Source: Octopus sinensis (taxonomy: Eukaryota). Taken from it: a stretch of DNA of 64,000 nucleotides. The notes below the pieces were generated by a model. That model was not told the origin of the DNA. It did no database searches and worked only from the letters and a program-made list of their open reading frames with translations. The stretch spans positions 372,001-436,000 of the forward strand of contig NC_042998.1 in the NCBI RefSeq assembly GCF_006345805.1, given 5' to 3'. Below are positions 25,211 through 39,200 of the stretch, piece after piece (the first letter of the stretch is position 1; each line of letters starts with the position of its first letter). A program made the translations under genes and the position numbers.

Positions 25211-26091
25211 TCTCTCTCTATACACACACACACACACACACACACATTATACAAATATATACGTTAAGATATAAAAAATGTTTTAGTTGCCAGTTGCATT
25301 TATAAATGAACAACAAGTGCTGTATATGCTGTATACATGTGAATGTATGTCTGTATTTGTGTGCACATGGGCATGTGTGGGTGTGAGGACAATAAGCTAC
25401 ACACCACTCTCCTTATTAAAGAAACCAGTGAGTCACAGGCAATATAAGGTAAACTTTTCAAAAAGATGAAGTCAGTGACTTAGATTTGAATTCTGGTAGT
25501 AATTATTTCAGTTAATTATTTATTATTGCAGCTAATTGTTATCTGTACATAATGTATTTAATTAAACCTGGAAGTTGCATAATTTAACTTGAAATTTTTT
25601 ATATATCAAAATAGTTATATATTCATCATAATTTATAAAGTTAACTTACTGAAATATACTTAAATTTTAATATTCTTCATTTGTAATGCATTGAGCTGGC
25701 AAAATAGTTAGCACATCGGGAACAATGCCTAGAGGAATTTTGTCCATCTTTGTGTTCTGAGTTCAAATGCAGCTGAGGCTGACTTTGCTTTCATCCTTTT
25801 GAGGTTGATAACAGAAGACTTGTTGAGCACTGGGGTCAGTCTAATTGATTTATCCCTTCCCCAAACTGGCTGGCCTTGTGCCAAAATTTGAAAGCAATAT
25901 TCTTCATTTGTAACTCATTAAAGTTGTGATATATTTCTACTTGTACAGGTAAGTTTGATTAGATTTGAATGATAGCAGTGGTTCTTAACCTGGATGGTAG
26001 TGGCTTCTTGGAGGTATTATGAGCTCGCAATGAAGTGCCAATTGGTAACTGGGTATTTAGAAAGGCAGGAATTTTCTAAGAAATAAAATAT

Positions 26092-26270
26092 CTAATCCTT
26101 TGGCATTCAGATTATCTGTGAAATGTAATGATTATTTATTCATAGTGTTTCGAATTAATTGTGGATTATCTTGTATCTACATGATTTCAATGATATGATT
26201 GTTTATTTTAAGAATGACATTGTAAGGTAGGTGTGAGAGGCTGGATCTGTTCAGTTTGAACATAAAAAAA
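26092..26270 (-). mobile_element. Truncated copy of the TTAA-flanked MITE at 58287-58505
   Basis: Starts CTAATCCTTTGGCATTCAGATTA, with internal reverse-complement similarity to 58287-58505. Confidence 0.7.
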
Positions 26271-27334
26271 AAATCTATCATCGTTTAACGTCCATTTTCC
26301 ATGCTGAGATGGATTGCATGGTTTGACCAGAGCTGGTAAGGTGAGGGGCTGCACCAGGATCTATCATCTGTTCTGCCATGGTTTCTATGGTTGGATGCCC
26401 TTCTTAATACCTCCTACTTCACAGAGTGTACTGGGTGCTTTTTCTGAGACACCAGCACCCGTGCTTTTAATGTAAAACCCTCTTCCACAAGTGTCATCCT
26501 CTAGGTTTTGGACAACTGGAGCTATACTAGAAGACACTTGCCCAAGGTGACAAACAGAGGGACTGTAGCATGCAGTTAGGAAGCGAACTTCTTAACTAAA
26601 CAGCCACATCTGTACCAACATGAATATTAAAATGATAAAATCAACATTAAATAGAAGGGATTTGAGATAAATTGTGAAACAGTTTGACCCTTTTGCAGCC
26701 AACTTGCTTCAGAGTGAAAATAGAATTAATTTTTGGCACAAAACGATGCTTTAATATATTTATATTTAAATTATTATTTTGTGTAAAGACCTTTAGCTAA
26801 GTTATATTTCAAACATCATCATCATCATCATCTTTCTCTTGCTCTCTTTATGTGTGTGTGTATGGATGTAAGTATGCAGAACAGGGTGCCCATAAATGAA
26901 TGGTCCTCTAAATGAACAAATTGAATAACAAATGAACTGAAATTTGATCAACAAACTATGATCAGACCATGCACATTCACTTAGTGAGCAAAGATTTGAA
27001 CAAGAAGCCATGAGTAGACTAAGCATATATATAAGATCTGATAGAGTATATATGAATGCTACCCTAAATGAACAAATGTATAGCAAACAATTCTCCTGAT
27101 GAAAATTATATTCAGTCAATGAGCTGAAATCTGAACAGCAAGCCATCAGTAGACTATGCATGCATATAAATGGCTGAAAGAGCATTTACAAAATGGTTCA
27201 TTAATATCTATGTATGTGTTTCATATAAATTGCAAGTTTCCATATTGCATATAGAAAATACTTTCCTCATATTTTACCAGAAACATAACCATAGATCAAC
27301 AGATGCAAGACAAAAAGGGAAAACATACCCATGA

Positions 27335-27384
<50 letters not shown>

Positions 27385-27999
27385 ATGTGTGTGTATACAT
27401 ACATTTATACGATGTTTGTTCAAAGAGTTGTAAATAGTGAAAAACATGTATTATGAACACTTGTTTCCAAAAAAATGTGTGTCACTTTTTAAAAAAAGTT
27501 TTGTTTTATAATTAATAATATTAATTTTAAGAAAATCTTTCTTCAAATAATGTGATTGTATCAAGAATTCTTTCTAAAAACCTTTTGGCTGTGTAGTAAC
27601 AAATTTGCTTCCCAACCATAAGGTTCCAGTTTCAGTCCCACTGCATGGTACTTTAGGTAAGTATCTTCTACTACAGCTCCAGGTTGACCAAATCCTTGTA
27701 ATTTGGTAAACAGAAAATGAAGGAAGCGCATTATGTGTGTATATATATACATACACAATGGGCTGTATACACACACACACACACACACACCACACACCAC
27801 ACACACATGTAGTCGTAAATGATCGACACTATCATACAAACAGTGTCATTCATTTGCAATAATTTGTAAAAGTGTGTCTGGCTAAGGAGAAATATTACCT
27901 TGATTGGAAAGAAGTGAAGGTTGATGACAAGAAGGGCAATAATGATAGGAAATCTGCCTCAATAAACTTTGCCCAACCCATGAAAGCATGGAAAAGTGG

Positions 28000-30130
28000 A
28001 TGTTATAATGATTACATTGTGGGAAGAGAGAATACTCTAGTTCCCTTCTGAAAAGGACCCATAAGAAAAGAGTCCCACATATTAGGTTTGATGTAAGCAA
28101 ACTAAAAGATTTCTGGGTTGCAGCTGTGTTAGAAATGAAAATCAGAGGCAAGTTTGCAGCTCTTAACCTTCGGGAAGATAATATAGACTCCCTGACTGAC
28201 ATCAAGGAAGCACTTCAGGAAATGGCTCTAGAAGGGTTGGGAAGAAGAAGGAAAAAGAAACTATGGGTTACTGATGATATCTTGGACTTCTGTGATTTAA
28301 ACAGGGCCTGAGACAGACCAAGCTGATGGGTCAGGTGGCAAGCCAGCAAATACAATGCCATGAATAGGAAGGCTAAGAATAAAATGAGGGAAGCCAAAGT
28401 GGAATGGGTAGCAGATAAGGGCAAAGTCATCGAAGCTGGGATTAAGAAGGGCAACAGTAAGGCTGCTTATGAAATCCTCAAAATCCTAACGAAAACAAAG
28501 AAACACACCACCATTATTATCAAGGACCAAACAGGCCTGTTCCTCACGGATGAGAATGATGTCATCAAAAGATGGTCTGAGTATTATGAAGACCTTTACA
28601 AACACAAACTCAAACATGACAGCAAGATTCTAGACAATTCCAACAACAACAGAGAATTTGGGTATACTCTAATTCTCAGCGAGGAAGTCAAAGAGGCAGA
28701 GTGCATACACAAAGATGGGATACCTTCAGGAGTGGATAACATCCCAAGAGAGCTTCTAAGACATGAAGGGCCAAAGTTATGTGTCAGATGATATGGGAGA
28801 CAAAGCAGTGGTCAAAGGAATGGACCCAATCACTGATGATACCCATTCCCAAGAAAGACAACTTAAGACTCTGCCAGAATTATAGCCACCCCAGCAAAGT
28901 ATTGGAAAGGGGAAGACAGAGGAAACCCTTGCAGAAGAACAGACAGGATTTAGGTCAAAAAGAGTACTGTAGAGTACACATCAAACATTAAACGGCTCAT
29001 TGAGAAACATCTGCAACACAAATCTGACCTCTGTTAAAACCTTATTGACTTTGAAAAGGCCTTTGACTATGTTTGACCTGATGGGCTGGGGGTAAGTGAT
29101 GAAGAATTACAACTGTGACAACAACCACGTCGAAGTAATCCAAGTATTGTATGCAAACTCAAGCAGTGCAGTTCTGAACAACAATATAGGAGAATTCTTC
29201 AGGACAACAGTGGGTGTTTGACAAGAATGCCTTCTTCTTCCAGTGCTTTTCAACACTTTCCTGGAGGACATCATGCAAGAGACACTCCTCTGTCTCCATT
29301 GGAGGACAGCCCATTTCCAACCTGTGCTTTGCTGATGACATTGACCTGTTAGGAAGCAGTGAAGCAGAATACAGGAACTCACCACCAGATTGGAAAAAGT
29401 ATCAGGTGCATCTAAGATGGAGGTCAGCAGCCCAGAAAAGAGCAGAACCTGGTTAATAGTAACAACCAGAATACAGCAATCGACATTATGCTGAACGAAG
29501 AAAAGCTTGACAAAGTGGACATCTTCGAGTACTTAAGATTTAAGTACTTGGATTAAGGATGGTAGTTCTCACAAAGAAATAACAAGACTCAGTTTAGCCT
29601 CTGCTGCCATGATGAAGATGAACACTAGATAGAAAAACAAATCAATTAGTTCTCCAAAAAAGACTGAGTGTAGAAGTCCCTGGTAACTTTGATTCTTCTG
29701 AATGTGTGTGAGAGCTGGATTCCTACAGCTGACACAAAGTGAGGAATCCAGGCATTGGAGCACAAGTACTTCAGGAAGCTGCTGCACATAATGTGCACAG
29801 AGCATAAAATGAATAGCTTTGTCAGACAGTAAGTTAATAAATATGCTGGCAGACAGGAACCACTCCTTGCACAGGTAAAAAGATGAAAGATTTCCTGATA
29901 TAGTCATGTATCCCACCTCAATTCCCTGTCCAAAACCACTGTTCATGGAGCGGAAGGTGAAAGAGAGGTCGACAGAGAAAATACTGGTTTGTCAACATCA
30001 ATGACTGGATAGGTCGCAACATTGCAAGCCTGCATTGCATGACAGAATGTAGGGGCCAGTGGCAATGGCTGACTATAGAAGCATCTGGGGTGGCATCCCA
30101 ATGACTGGTTGATCAGTTAATGGATCTTAA
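28000..30130 (+). mobile_element. Decayed RTE-clade LINE (RT region to 3' end)
   Basis: KLWVTDDILD, GVDNIPRELL, KEWTQSLMIPIPKK, IDFEKAFD, VLFNTFLEDIM, LCFADDIDLLG; many stops and frameshifts. Confidence 0.88.
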
Positions 30131-30288
30131 TGATGATATATACCCTTCACGTTACCAATGTTTAAAGAGTAAATTTTAGTAGAAGGAAGCTGTAAAGAGA
30201 TCTATTGCATACTTGTGTGCATGTGCATCTCAACATGTCTTTGCATTGTCACTGTTTGGGCAACTATGGCATTTCATTATATTTCTTA

Positions 30289-30722
30289 CTAGCAGTATAT
30301 CCTGGTGTTGCTAAGGTTTGTTTTTTAGTTGCACTTAAAATGGCAGACTTTGATGTCGCGTTAACAAAGTTTTGACATAGTTTCAATTTTTTTTGAAAAG
30401 TAAAAATTTTGCCTTATGTAGCTTGTAATTCTCTTTAAGTGAACATTTTTATGGTTGAAATACACTGAAAAATGGCGACATAGCAATAAAAAAATTGTAA
30501 AAAATAGGGATTTTCATAGAAAAAAAGTACCTTTTTGATGTAAATAATTTTTGGTCTTAACATGGTCCGATTTGAATTTTTGTTCTACAGAATGTAGAGC
30601 AAGCCTTCTTCTATCATACTCTCAATTTTGGTCAACTTGCACCGCAGGGTCTCGGAGAAGATAGTGTTAGTTGAAGGCTACCAAACCTGCCACACAGACA
30701 ACTTCAGCTTTAAATGTATAGA
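30289..30722 (-). mobile_element. Non-autonomous Helitron
   Basis: Minus strand reads A|TCTATACATTTAAAGCTGAAGTTGTCTGTGTG ... CCTTAGCAACACCAGGATATACTGCTAG|T: TC start, CTAG end, subterminal hairpin remnant, A|T target. Confidence 0.8.
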
Positions 30723-32529
30723 TGAATGTCCTACAGCTTCGTAGTTTGACACACAAAGATCAGTGAAATAAAGTATGTTACATGAAGGAGGGCATCAGGC
30801 CACAGAATACAACCTGAAGAAGTCTTCTCCAGCTTAGGCTAGCACTGGAAAAGTGGATGTGAAATGCCACCTCTGATAATGATGATAATTATGATGATGA
30901 TGATTCCTGATTTTTTTTCTTATTTTCCTTACTTTTGTACAGTGCATGTGCAGAAATGAAACAATACTTCATGACAAAAACAAAAAAAAATGAACTCACA
31001 ATTATTTACTCTTGAAATAACCTACAACCACACAGATGTATAAATACAGCCACATATACAAACACTCAAAAATTTATAGATAAACACAAAGGATTTGCTC
31101 AATATATTGATTAAAAACAGCATCAAATGACACAACTAATAACATTGTTTTCTTCATTATTACTAATATAATAATTCATAAAATTTCACAATATATTGTC
31201 TCAGTTTCATTGATAAATTTCGATTTTTCTGGTCTTCGTCAATGTCTTTTTGACTTTTTCTGATGTGTATATGTAGAGATATATAGACAGAGATATGGAA
31301 TAAAATCAACATTCACATGACACACACACACACACATGCACAACAAACGCACACACATACATCACACTATAACACTCACTATTTACACAAATGTAAAGCA
31401 CACAAAAGAAAATGTTGATGTCTGTCTGTCTCTTTCTCTCTTTCCATGCTATTTTCTTTAGATTTCCTATCATTCTAGCTTCCTTTATAATTATATTGCC
31501 TTCTTCAAGATTATCCTGAAGAAAGTCACACACAAGACATATTTTTCTGGCATTACAGTACTCTAAAATAGTGGTGCACATTACACACAAGTGAGTTTTA
31601 TACAGAAATAAGTTAAAAACATATAACATAACAACACACACACAATGGTATTATTATGAACTTTTACCAGACTAAGGTAGATGGACTAGAAGTCGCAATT
31701 ACAGATAGAGTAAACTATTGATGTCATCATCGTTTAGCGTCCGTTCTCCATGCTAGCATGGGTTGGACGGTTCGACCGGGATCTGGGAAGCCAGGAGGCT
31801 GCACCAGGCTCCAGTCTGATCTGGCAGTGTTTCTACAGCTGGATGCCCTTTCTAATGCCTAACATTCCGTGAATGTAGTGGGTGCTTTTTACATGCCACC
31901 AGCACAGGTGGCAGGGGAGGGTGGCAGCAGCCATGTTCGGATGGTGCTTTTTACGTGCCACCAGCACATATCACAACTACAATTTCCATTTGATTTTTAT
32001 TTTGATGTTGATGTACTTGACTCAATAGGTCTCCTCAAGCACAGCAGGTCACCCTACGATCCAAGGTAAGCACAGCAGGTCATTCTGCAATCCAAGGTAC
32101 TTTGGATGGGCTGGGGCTATGTGAAACTGGTGCAGGAAACAGCCATGAATTCATATTATTTGTCGGGTCTTTGCAGTCACAGCATATCTGTCTCCATAGT
32201 TATGGTTTTAAAAGTCACAGAAACAATTTTAACACAATTTATTAGGAACCAAATTAGTCCAGATGAGATGCAACTCAATTGTAAGAACAATAAGTAACAG
32301 CAGCACCACATTTCTAGTGAGACAATAGCAAGAAGAATACTTAGCTAGCAGTAAAACTCTCTACCTGACATTTGTTGACTTGGAGAAGGCCTTTCATAGG
32401 TTCACACATTTTATAATTTTGTGGTTGATAAGGAAACTATGGGTAGAAGAATAAGAGGTTGTATTTGTGTTATGTGCCTGTGTAATAAACATATCTAAAA
32501 GGTATACGATAATATATATACATATGAAA

Positions 32530-33520
32530 GAAATGAAACTAGTATGTTTTGCTGGATGTGCAATGTCAGTGTGCATGTTTGACAGAGTGTAAGCATCTTG
32601 AGAGAAAAGTTAGGCACAAGAGGCATCAGATGTGGTGTACAAGAGAGACGAATGTGCTGGTATTGTCATGTGATGCATATGGATGAGGACAGCTGTGTGA
32701 AGAAGTGCCACTCTCTAACTTTGGTGGGAACCTGCGGTAGAAGTAGACCTAAGAAAACATGGGACGAAGTGGTGAAGCATGACCTCTGAACTTTGGGTCT
32801 CACAGAGGCAATGACTAGTGACTGAGACATTTGGCTGTCAAGCCAAGTGAAACCAAAATTGTGGCTGATGCTGGTGTTAGGTAACTTGCGCATGTGCAAA
32901 TGAAATGTTAAAAGCACCTTTTGAGTGTTGGGCTTTATGGAGGCAAGGACTGCGACCATTTGACATTATGCAGGGCTTCGAACAATAACCGAGTCCATTT
33001 TGCATTCTGCTGTGCTTGAGAAGAAGATGCATCAAACCAAGTATAATCACAGTTGTAACAGATGCCAGTGTCAGGCAAGCGGCATCTGTGCCAGTGGCAC
33101 ATAAAAGCACCCATTACACTCTCAGAGTAGTTGCTGCTAGGAAGGGCATCCAGCCATAGAAACCATGCCAAAATAGACTGGAGTCTGGTGCAGACTTCCA
33201 GCTTGCCAACCCTCATCAAACCATCCAACCCATGCCAGCATAGACAATGGATATATGATGATGATTGGCTCCTGTGCCAGTGGCTCGTAAAAAGCACCAT
33301 TTGAGTGTGGCTGATGTCAGTACTGTTGACTGGCCCACATACTGGTGGCATGTAAAAAGCACCCACTACACTCTCAGAGTGGTTGGCATTAGGGAGGGCA
33401 ACCAGTTGTAGAAACTTTGCCAGATCAGATTGGAGCCTGGTGCAGCTTTTGGCTAGCCAGCCCTCAGTCAAACTGTCCAACCCATGTCAGCATGGAAAGC
33501 GGACGTTAAACAACGATGAT
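32530..33520 (+). mobile_element. RTE LINE 3' fragment with long 3' UTR and (GAT)n tail
   Basis: LREKLGTRGIRCGVQERRMCWYCHVM...GRSRPKKTWDEVV, then family-D sequence ending ACGTTAAACAACGATGAT. Confidence 0.85.
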
Positions 33521-34319
33521 AATGATGATGATGATACATAAATATATATACGATGATGATGATGATGATGATGAAGATATATATACGATGATGATGATGA
33601 TGATATATATATTAGATACAAATATATTCTTTTATTATTTTCTTTTATTCTTTTATTTCTTTCAATTTTTTGACTGCGGCCGTGCTGGAGGACCACCTTT
33701 AGTCGAACAAATCAACCCCAGAATTTATTCTTTGTAATCCTAGTACTTATTCTATTGACCTCTTTTTGCCAACTGCTAAGTTATGGGGACATAAACACAC
33801 CAACATTGGTTGTCAAGCAATGGTGGGGAGACAAACACAGACACACACATACACACTACAAACACATATATATATGATGGAATTCTTTCAGTTTCCGTCT
33901 TTGCAAGTTTGAGTCGAGTACTCCCTTGCACGCTCTGTTGACTCGAACCTTGCTTCCATTGTAGTGAATTTACCGCCTCTGGGTAGATATCTTTCATAGT
34001 CGCACCAAGACACTTTTCGATGGTGCTTTCCTCCAGGTGTTCAAATCTTTTTTCTCTACATTGTATACTTTATAGACAATAGTCTTTTCTTTGATTAAAT
34101 TTTTTATTATCCATCTGGACTATTCCATTTCTGCACGCTAATTTTATTTTTAATTTATTCCCATTCATGTGAAACCACTTATTCAAGTTCAAGTTATTGA
34201 TGCAATTTTATACCAATTGCTATTTTTACTTTTGTTATGTTATGATTACATTATACTTTAGTTTTATTTTAATTATTACTTACTACATATAATTCAATTG
34301 TTATTATCTCTAATTTTTA

Positions 34320-34593
34320 TTGTTAAAGTGAAAGTATCTGACATAAAATAGAGAAATGTTTTTGTTTCACTTTTAACATGTAATACTGAAATAGTGGAGA
34401 AGATATGATATTGCTATGGGCTCGCTCTAGGCAAGAAGTTGAACACTTTTTTTGCCCATGAAAGTACATGGACCCTAAGTAAGGCATGTGTAAAATTTGA
34501 ATGAAATTGGTTGTGTAGTTCTCAAGTTTTAGGGAAACACACAGACAGACAGACAGACAGACAGACACACATTCTCAGTTTTATATATATAGA
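34320..34593 (-). mobile_element. Helitron-like non-autonomous element, 5' part
   Basis: Minus strand starts ATCTATATATATAAAACTGAGAATGTGTGTCTGTCTGTC. 3' CTAG end not located. Confidence 0.6.
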
Positions 34594-34784
34594 TATATAT
34601 ACATACATACACATATATATATACACACACACACACAGATATACACATACATACACATATACACACACACACACACGTGTACTAGGCATGGGCATGGCTG
34701 TGTGATAAAATGGTTACTTCAAAACCACATGTTTCTGGGTTCAGTCCCATTGTGTGGGACGTTGGGCGAGTGTCTTCTACTATC

Positions 34785-35720
34785 ATCATCATCATCATCA
34801 TCATTTAACGTCCGCTTTCCATGCTAGCATGGGTTGGACGGTTCAACTGGGGTCTGGGGAGCCCGAAAGCTGCACCAGTCCAGTCAGATCTGGCAGTGTT
34901 TCTACAGCTGGATGCCCTTCCTAACGCCAACCACTCCGAGAGTGTAGTGGGTGATTTTATGTGCCACCGACACAGGTGCCAGACGAGGCTGACAAACGGC
35001 CACGCTCGGATGGTGTTTTTTATGTGCCACCGACACAGGTGCCAGACGAGGCTGGCAGACGGCCACGCTCGGATGGTGTTTTTTATGTGCCACCGACACA
35101 GGTGCCAGACGAGGCTGGCAGACGGCCACGCTCGGATGGTGTTTTTATGTGCCACCGACACAGGTGCCAGACGAGGCTGGCAGACGGCCACGCTCGGATG
35201 GTGTTTTTATGTGCCACCGACACAGGTGCCAGATGAGGCTGGCAAACGGCCACGATCGGATGGTGCTTGTTACGTGCCCACAGCACGGAGGCCAGTCGAT
35301 GCGGTACTGGCTACGGCCACGTTCGGATGGTTTTCTTATGTGCCACGTGCCACCGGCACTGGTACCACAAAGATACAAATTCCATTGATGTTCATCTATT
35401 TTGATTTGTTTTGATTTGATTTTCACTTGCCTCAACAGGTCTTCACAAGTGTCACAAGAAGGAAGGTATGCACAGGTGGACTGACTACGTCCCAGGTAGG
35501 GGCCATGGGTTATGGCCTGACTAGTCTTGCCGGGACTTCGGATGGTGTTTTTATGTGCCACCGACACAGGTGCTAGATGAGGCTGGCGAACGGCCACGAT
35601 CGGATGGTGTTTGTCATGTGCCCACCGCACTGACTACGGCACTGATGGATTTCTTGTGTGCCACAGGCACTGGTACCACAAGATACAAATTCCATTGATG
35701 TTCATCTATTTTGTCTATTT
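34785..35720 (-). mobile_element. Young, CpG-rich family D element containing a 62/63-bp tandem repeat
   Basis: (CAT)n tail on + at 34785-34803. Inserted after the 5' half of a SINE A. Confidence 0.85.
34959..35270. repeat. Minisatellite: five 62-63-bp units, plus a sixth at ~35553
   Basis: ATGTGCCACCGACACAGGTGCCAGACGAGGCTGGCAGACGGCCACGCTCGGATGGTGTTTTT starts at 34959, 35022, 35085, 35147, 35209 and 35553. Confidence 0.95.
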
Positions 35721-35954
35721 TGATGAAAAAAATACTGTCATATGTATATATGTGCATGTGTGTGTATATATATATATATATAAATATATATCATCATCAT
35801 CATCATCATTGTTTAATGTCTAATAAAATAAGTACCAGGCTTTAAAAAATAAAATGTAGTGTAGATGATACATGAAACTAAAAATTCTTAAAGGCAGTGC
35901 CCAAGAATAGCTGTAGCCTAAAAACTGGAACAAGTAAAAGACAAAACATAAAAG

Positions 35955-36245
35955 ACATACATATACATATATATATACATACATACATATATATACATAC
36001 ATACATATATATACATACATACATATATATACATACATACATATATATACATACATACATACATACATATATATACATACATACATACATATATATACAT
36101 ACATACATACATATATATACATACATACATACATATACATACATACATACATATATATACATACATACATACATATACATACATACATACATATACATAC
36201 ATACATATACATACATACATACATATACATACATACATATATATA

Positions 36246-36282
<37 letters not shown>
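35955..36282. repeat. Compound (TACA)n/(TA)n microsatellite
   Basis: Directly visible. Confidence 0.95.
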
Positions 36283-36285
<3 letters not shown>

Positions 36286-36289
36286 TTTT

Positions 36290-39200
36290 GACCAGTTCAT
36301 TTGGGAGAATATGTCACTCTTTATAATAGGCAATATCAAATGTGTATGACTGCTTTTCTGGCATAGCAGCCACTAGAAATATGAATGTTACAGGATATGC
36401 TTTAGTATCAACACTTTTAAAGACATGCATATTGGCAACATCTATACTATCTAGATCCAAAATGCAATGTGACAAGACATACTTTGATATCAATGTTTTA
36501 AAGTTATGCATAATGGTAATATGTCAACTCTATGGATTTGAAATGTAACTGAAATATCTTTAACTTGGACCAGTAACTGAAATATCTTTAAAGGACCAGT
36601 TTTACAGTGAGTGGATTTGGTAGATGGAAATTGAAAGAAGACTATTGTTTATATGTGTGCGAGTTGGGAGAAGATGCCACTCTTCGGACTGAAGAAATAT
36701 CAAATATAAAACTCTACCTGTCCAGCATTGTGTCCATCGTACATTTGAATGTGACAAGACATACTTCGATATGAATACTTTTAAAATTATGCATGATGGT
36801 ATTATATCACCATTATTGATACTAAATGTAACTGAAGAATCTTTAACTTGGCTGTTTTCTAATGACGTCCTCGAATTTGTCAAAAGACATTTGAAGATAA
36901 ATATATGAATACTAGAAGGAAAAATTTTGATGCTGATGCATCAGGAAAAAGCAGCATCTAAACCAACATGACCCTGGACATTAGAATTCTATTTGCTCTC
37001 ATTCTGTACATGCATTAAGAAATAACAGAAACTATTTGGAAAATAACAGTGTTAAAAAAATGTCCACTATTACTGCGTTTACACTTTTACTCTCAGCTAC
37101 ACATTTACAGTACCACTATAATCAATATTGGCAGAATGAAAGGAAAGACTGGTGAGATTATTGAAATGCTGGTGCAATGCCATGTAGACATGTGGTGTGC
37201 AATAAGAAAGAGTGATGGGAGCCTCTGCTGGATTGCTCATTGTTAAGAAACAAAGGTTGAAATTGTTCTTGGCAGATAGGAGTAATGGAGTGGGTAGTAT
37301 AGGCATACTTTTAGCTGAAAAGTGAGCAGATAATGTAACTCATGTAGAGTAAGTGATAGGATAATTAAACTGAGACATATAACAGATAAATTAATAGGTA
37401 CAGTTATTTCTGCTTATGCTTTAGGGTTGAGGCTGGCTGGTAGTTAGAAGGAGCAGCTTTCCAGCTAGTGAGTGGTTTGGTAGATGGAAGATGAAAGGAG
37501 ACAATTGTTGGTATGTGTGTGTAATTTGAGTGGAAATGTCATACTTCGGACAGCAGAAATACCAAATATAAAACACTACCTGTCCAGCATTGTGTCCATC
37601 GTATATATGAATGTAACAAAACATACCTCAATATGAATGCTTTTAAAGATTTGCATAACAATAATATCTCCACGCTATGGATTCGAAACGTAACTGAAGA
37701 ATCTTTAACTTGCAGTCTTCTGATGACATCCTTGAATTTGTCAAAAGGCATTTGAAGATAAAATATATGAATACAAGAAAGAAAAGTGCTGTGGCTGATG
37801 AACCTGGAACAAGCAGCATCTGAGCCAACATGACCCTGGACATTAGAATTCTATTTGATCTCATTTTGTACATGTACTAAGAAATACCAGAAACTCAGAA
37901 AATAGCAGTGTTATAACAATTTCCACAATGACTTCCTTCTCACTCTTACTTCCAGTTACACAATTACAGTGCAACAACCATGAATAATGGTATAATGAAA
38001 GGAAGGACTGGTGAGATTATTGAAAAATGCTGGTGTGATGCCATGCAGACATGTGGTCTGCAATAAGAAAACTGGATGGTTGCCTCTGCTACATTGCTGA
38101 TGGTTAAGAAACAGAAGTTGAAATTGTTCTCGGTAGATAGGAGTGATGAAGTATGTAATATAGGCATATTTTTAGCTGAAACATGAGCAGATAAGGTAAC
38201 TGAAGTAGTCAGAGTAAGTGATAGGGTAATTAAAGTGAGACTTATCAAAGATAAATTAATAGTTACAGTTATCTTTGCTTATGCTTTACAGTTGAGGCTG
38301 GCTGGTAATCTGAAGGACCAGTTTTACAAGTGAGTGGATTTGGTGGATGGAAATTGAAAGAAGACTGTTGTTTATATTTATGTGTGTGAGTTGGGAAGAA
38401 TTGTCACTCTTTGAACTGAAGAAATACCAAATATAAAATACTGCCCTTATGGTGTTGTGTCCATTGTAAATATGTATGGGATAAGACATACGTTATATGA
38501 TTGAAAGAATCTTTGACTTGGCTGTTTTCTGATGAATCTGATGAGTCTGGAACAAGCACCAACTGAGCAGACATTAAAATTTTAATTGCTGTCATTCTGT
38601 ACATGTACTAAGGAACACCAGAAACTGTCAGATACATAAGTGTGTTAAAAGTATTGCCACAATGACTGCCTTCCCAATTTTACTCCCAGCTACACAATTA
38701 CCGGATTACCACCATGAATATTGGCATAATGAAAGGAAGGACTGGCGAGATTATTGAAATGCTAGTGAGATGCCATGCAGACAAGTGGTCTGCAATAAGA
38801 TGGATGGAAACCTTACTGTTGGTTAAGAAACAAAGCTTGAAATTATTCTGGGTAGAAAATAGTGATGAAATGTGTAATTTATGCATACATTTAGCTGTAA
38901 AATGAGTAGGTAAGGTAACTGAAGTGATCAGAATGAATGATAGGGTAATTAAACTGAAACTTATTGAAGATAAATTAAGAGTTACAATTATTTTTGCTTC
39001 TGCTTCAGGGTTGAGGCTGTCTGGTCATCTGAAGAACCAGCTTTCCAGCTAGTGAGTGGATTTGGTAGATAGAAAGCGAAAGGAGACAATTGTTTGTATG
39101 TGTGTGTGACTTGGGAGGAAATGCCAATCTTTGGACTACAGGAATACCAAATACAAAACATTATCTGTCCAACATTGCATCAGAAGAAAAGACAGATGAA

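Noticed and set aside
25930-25956. Plus-strand TTTCTACTTGTACAG|GTAAGT recursive-splice-like motif
   Set aside because: By my rough estimate the YAGGTAAGT word is expected about once by chance in this window, the pyrimidine tract is modest, and no plus-strand exon supports it.
34805-35630. Repetitive ORFs on both strands (up to 197 aa)
   Set aside because: They result from the GC-rich 62/63-bp minisatellite; unit length alternates, so frame is not conserved.
35820-36349. MYVCI/HTYI repeat ORFs
   Set aside because: Microsatellite translation.
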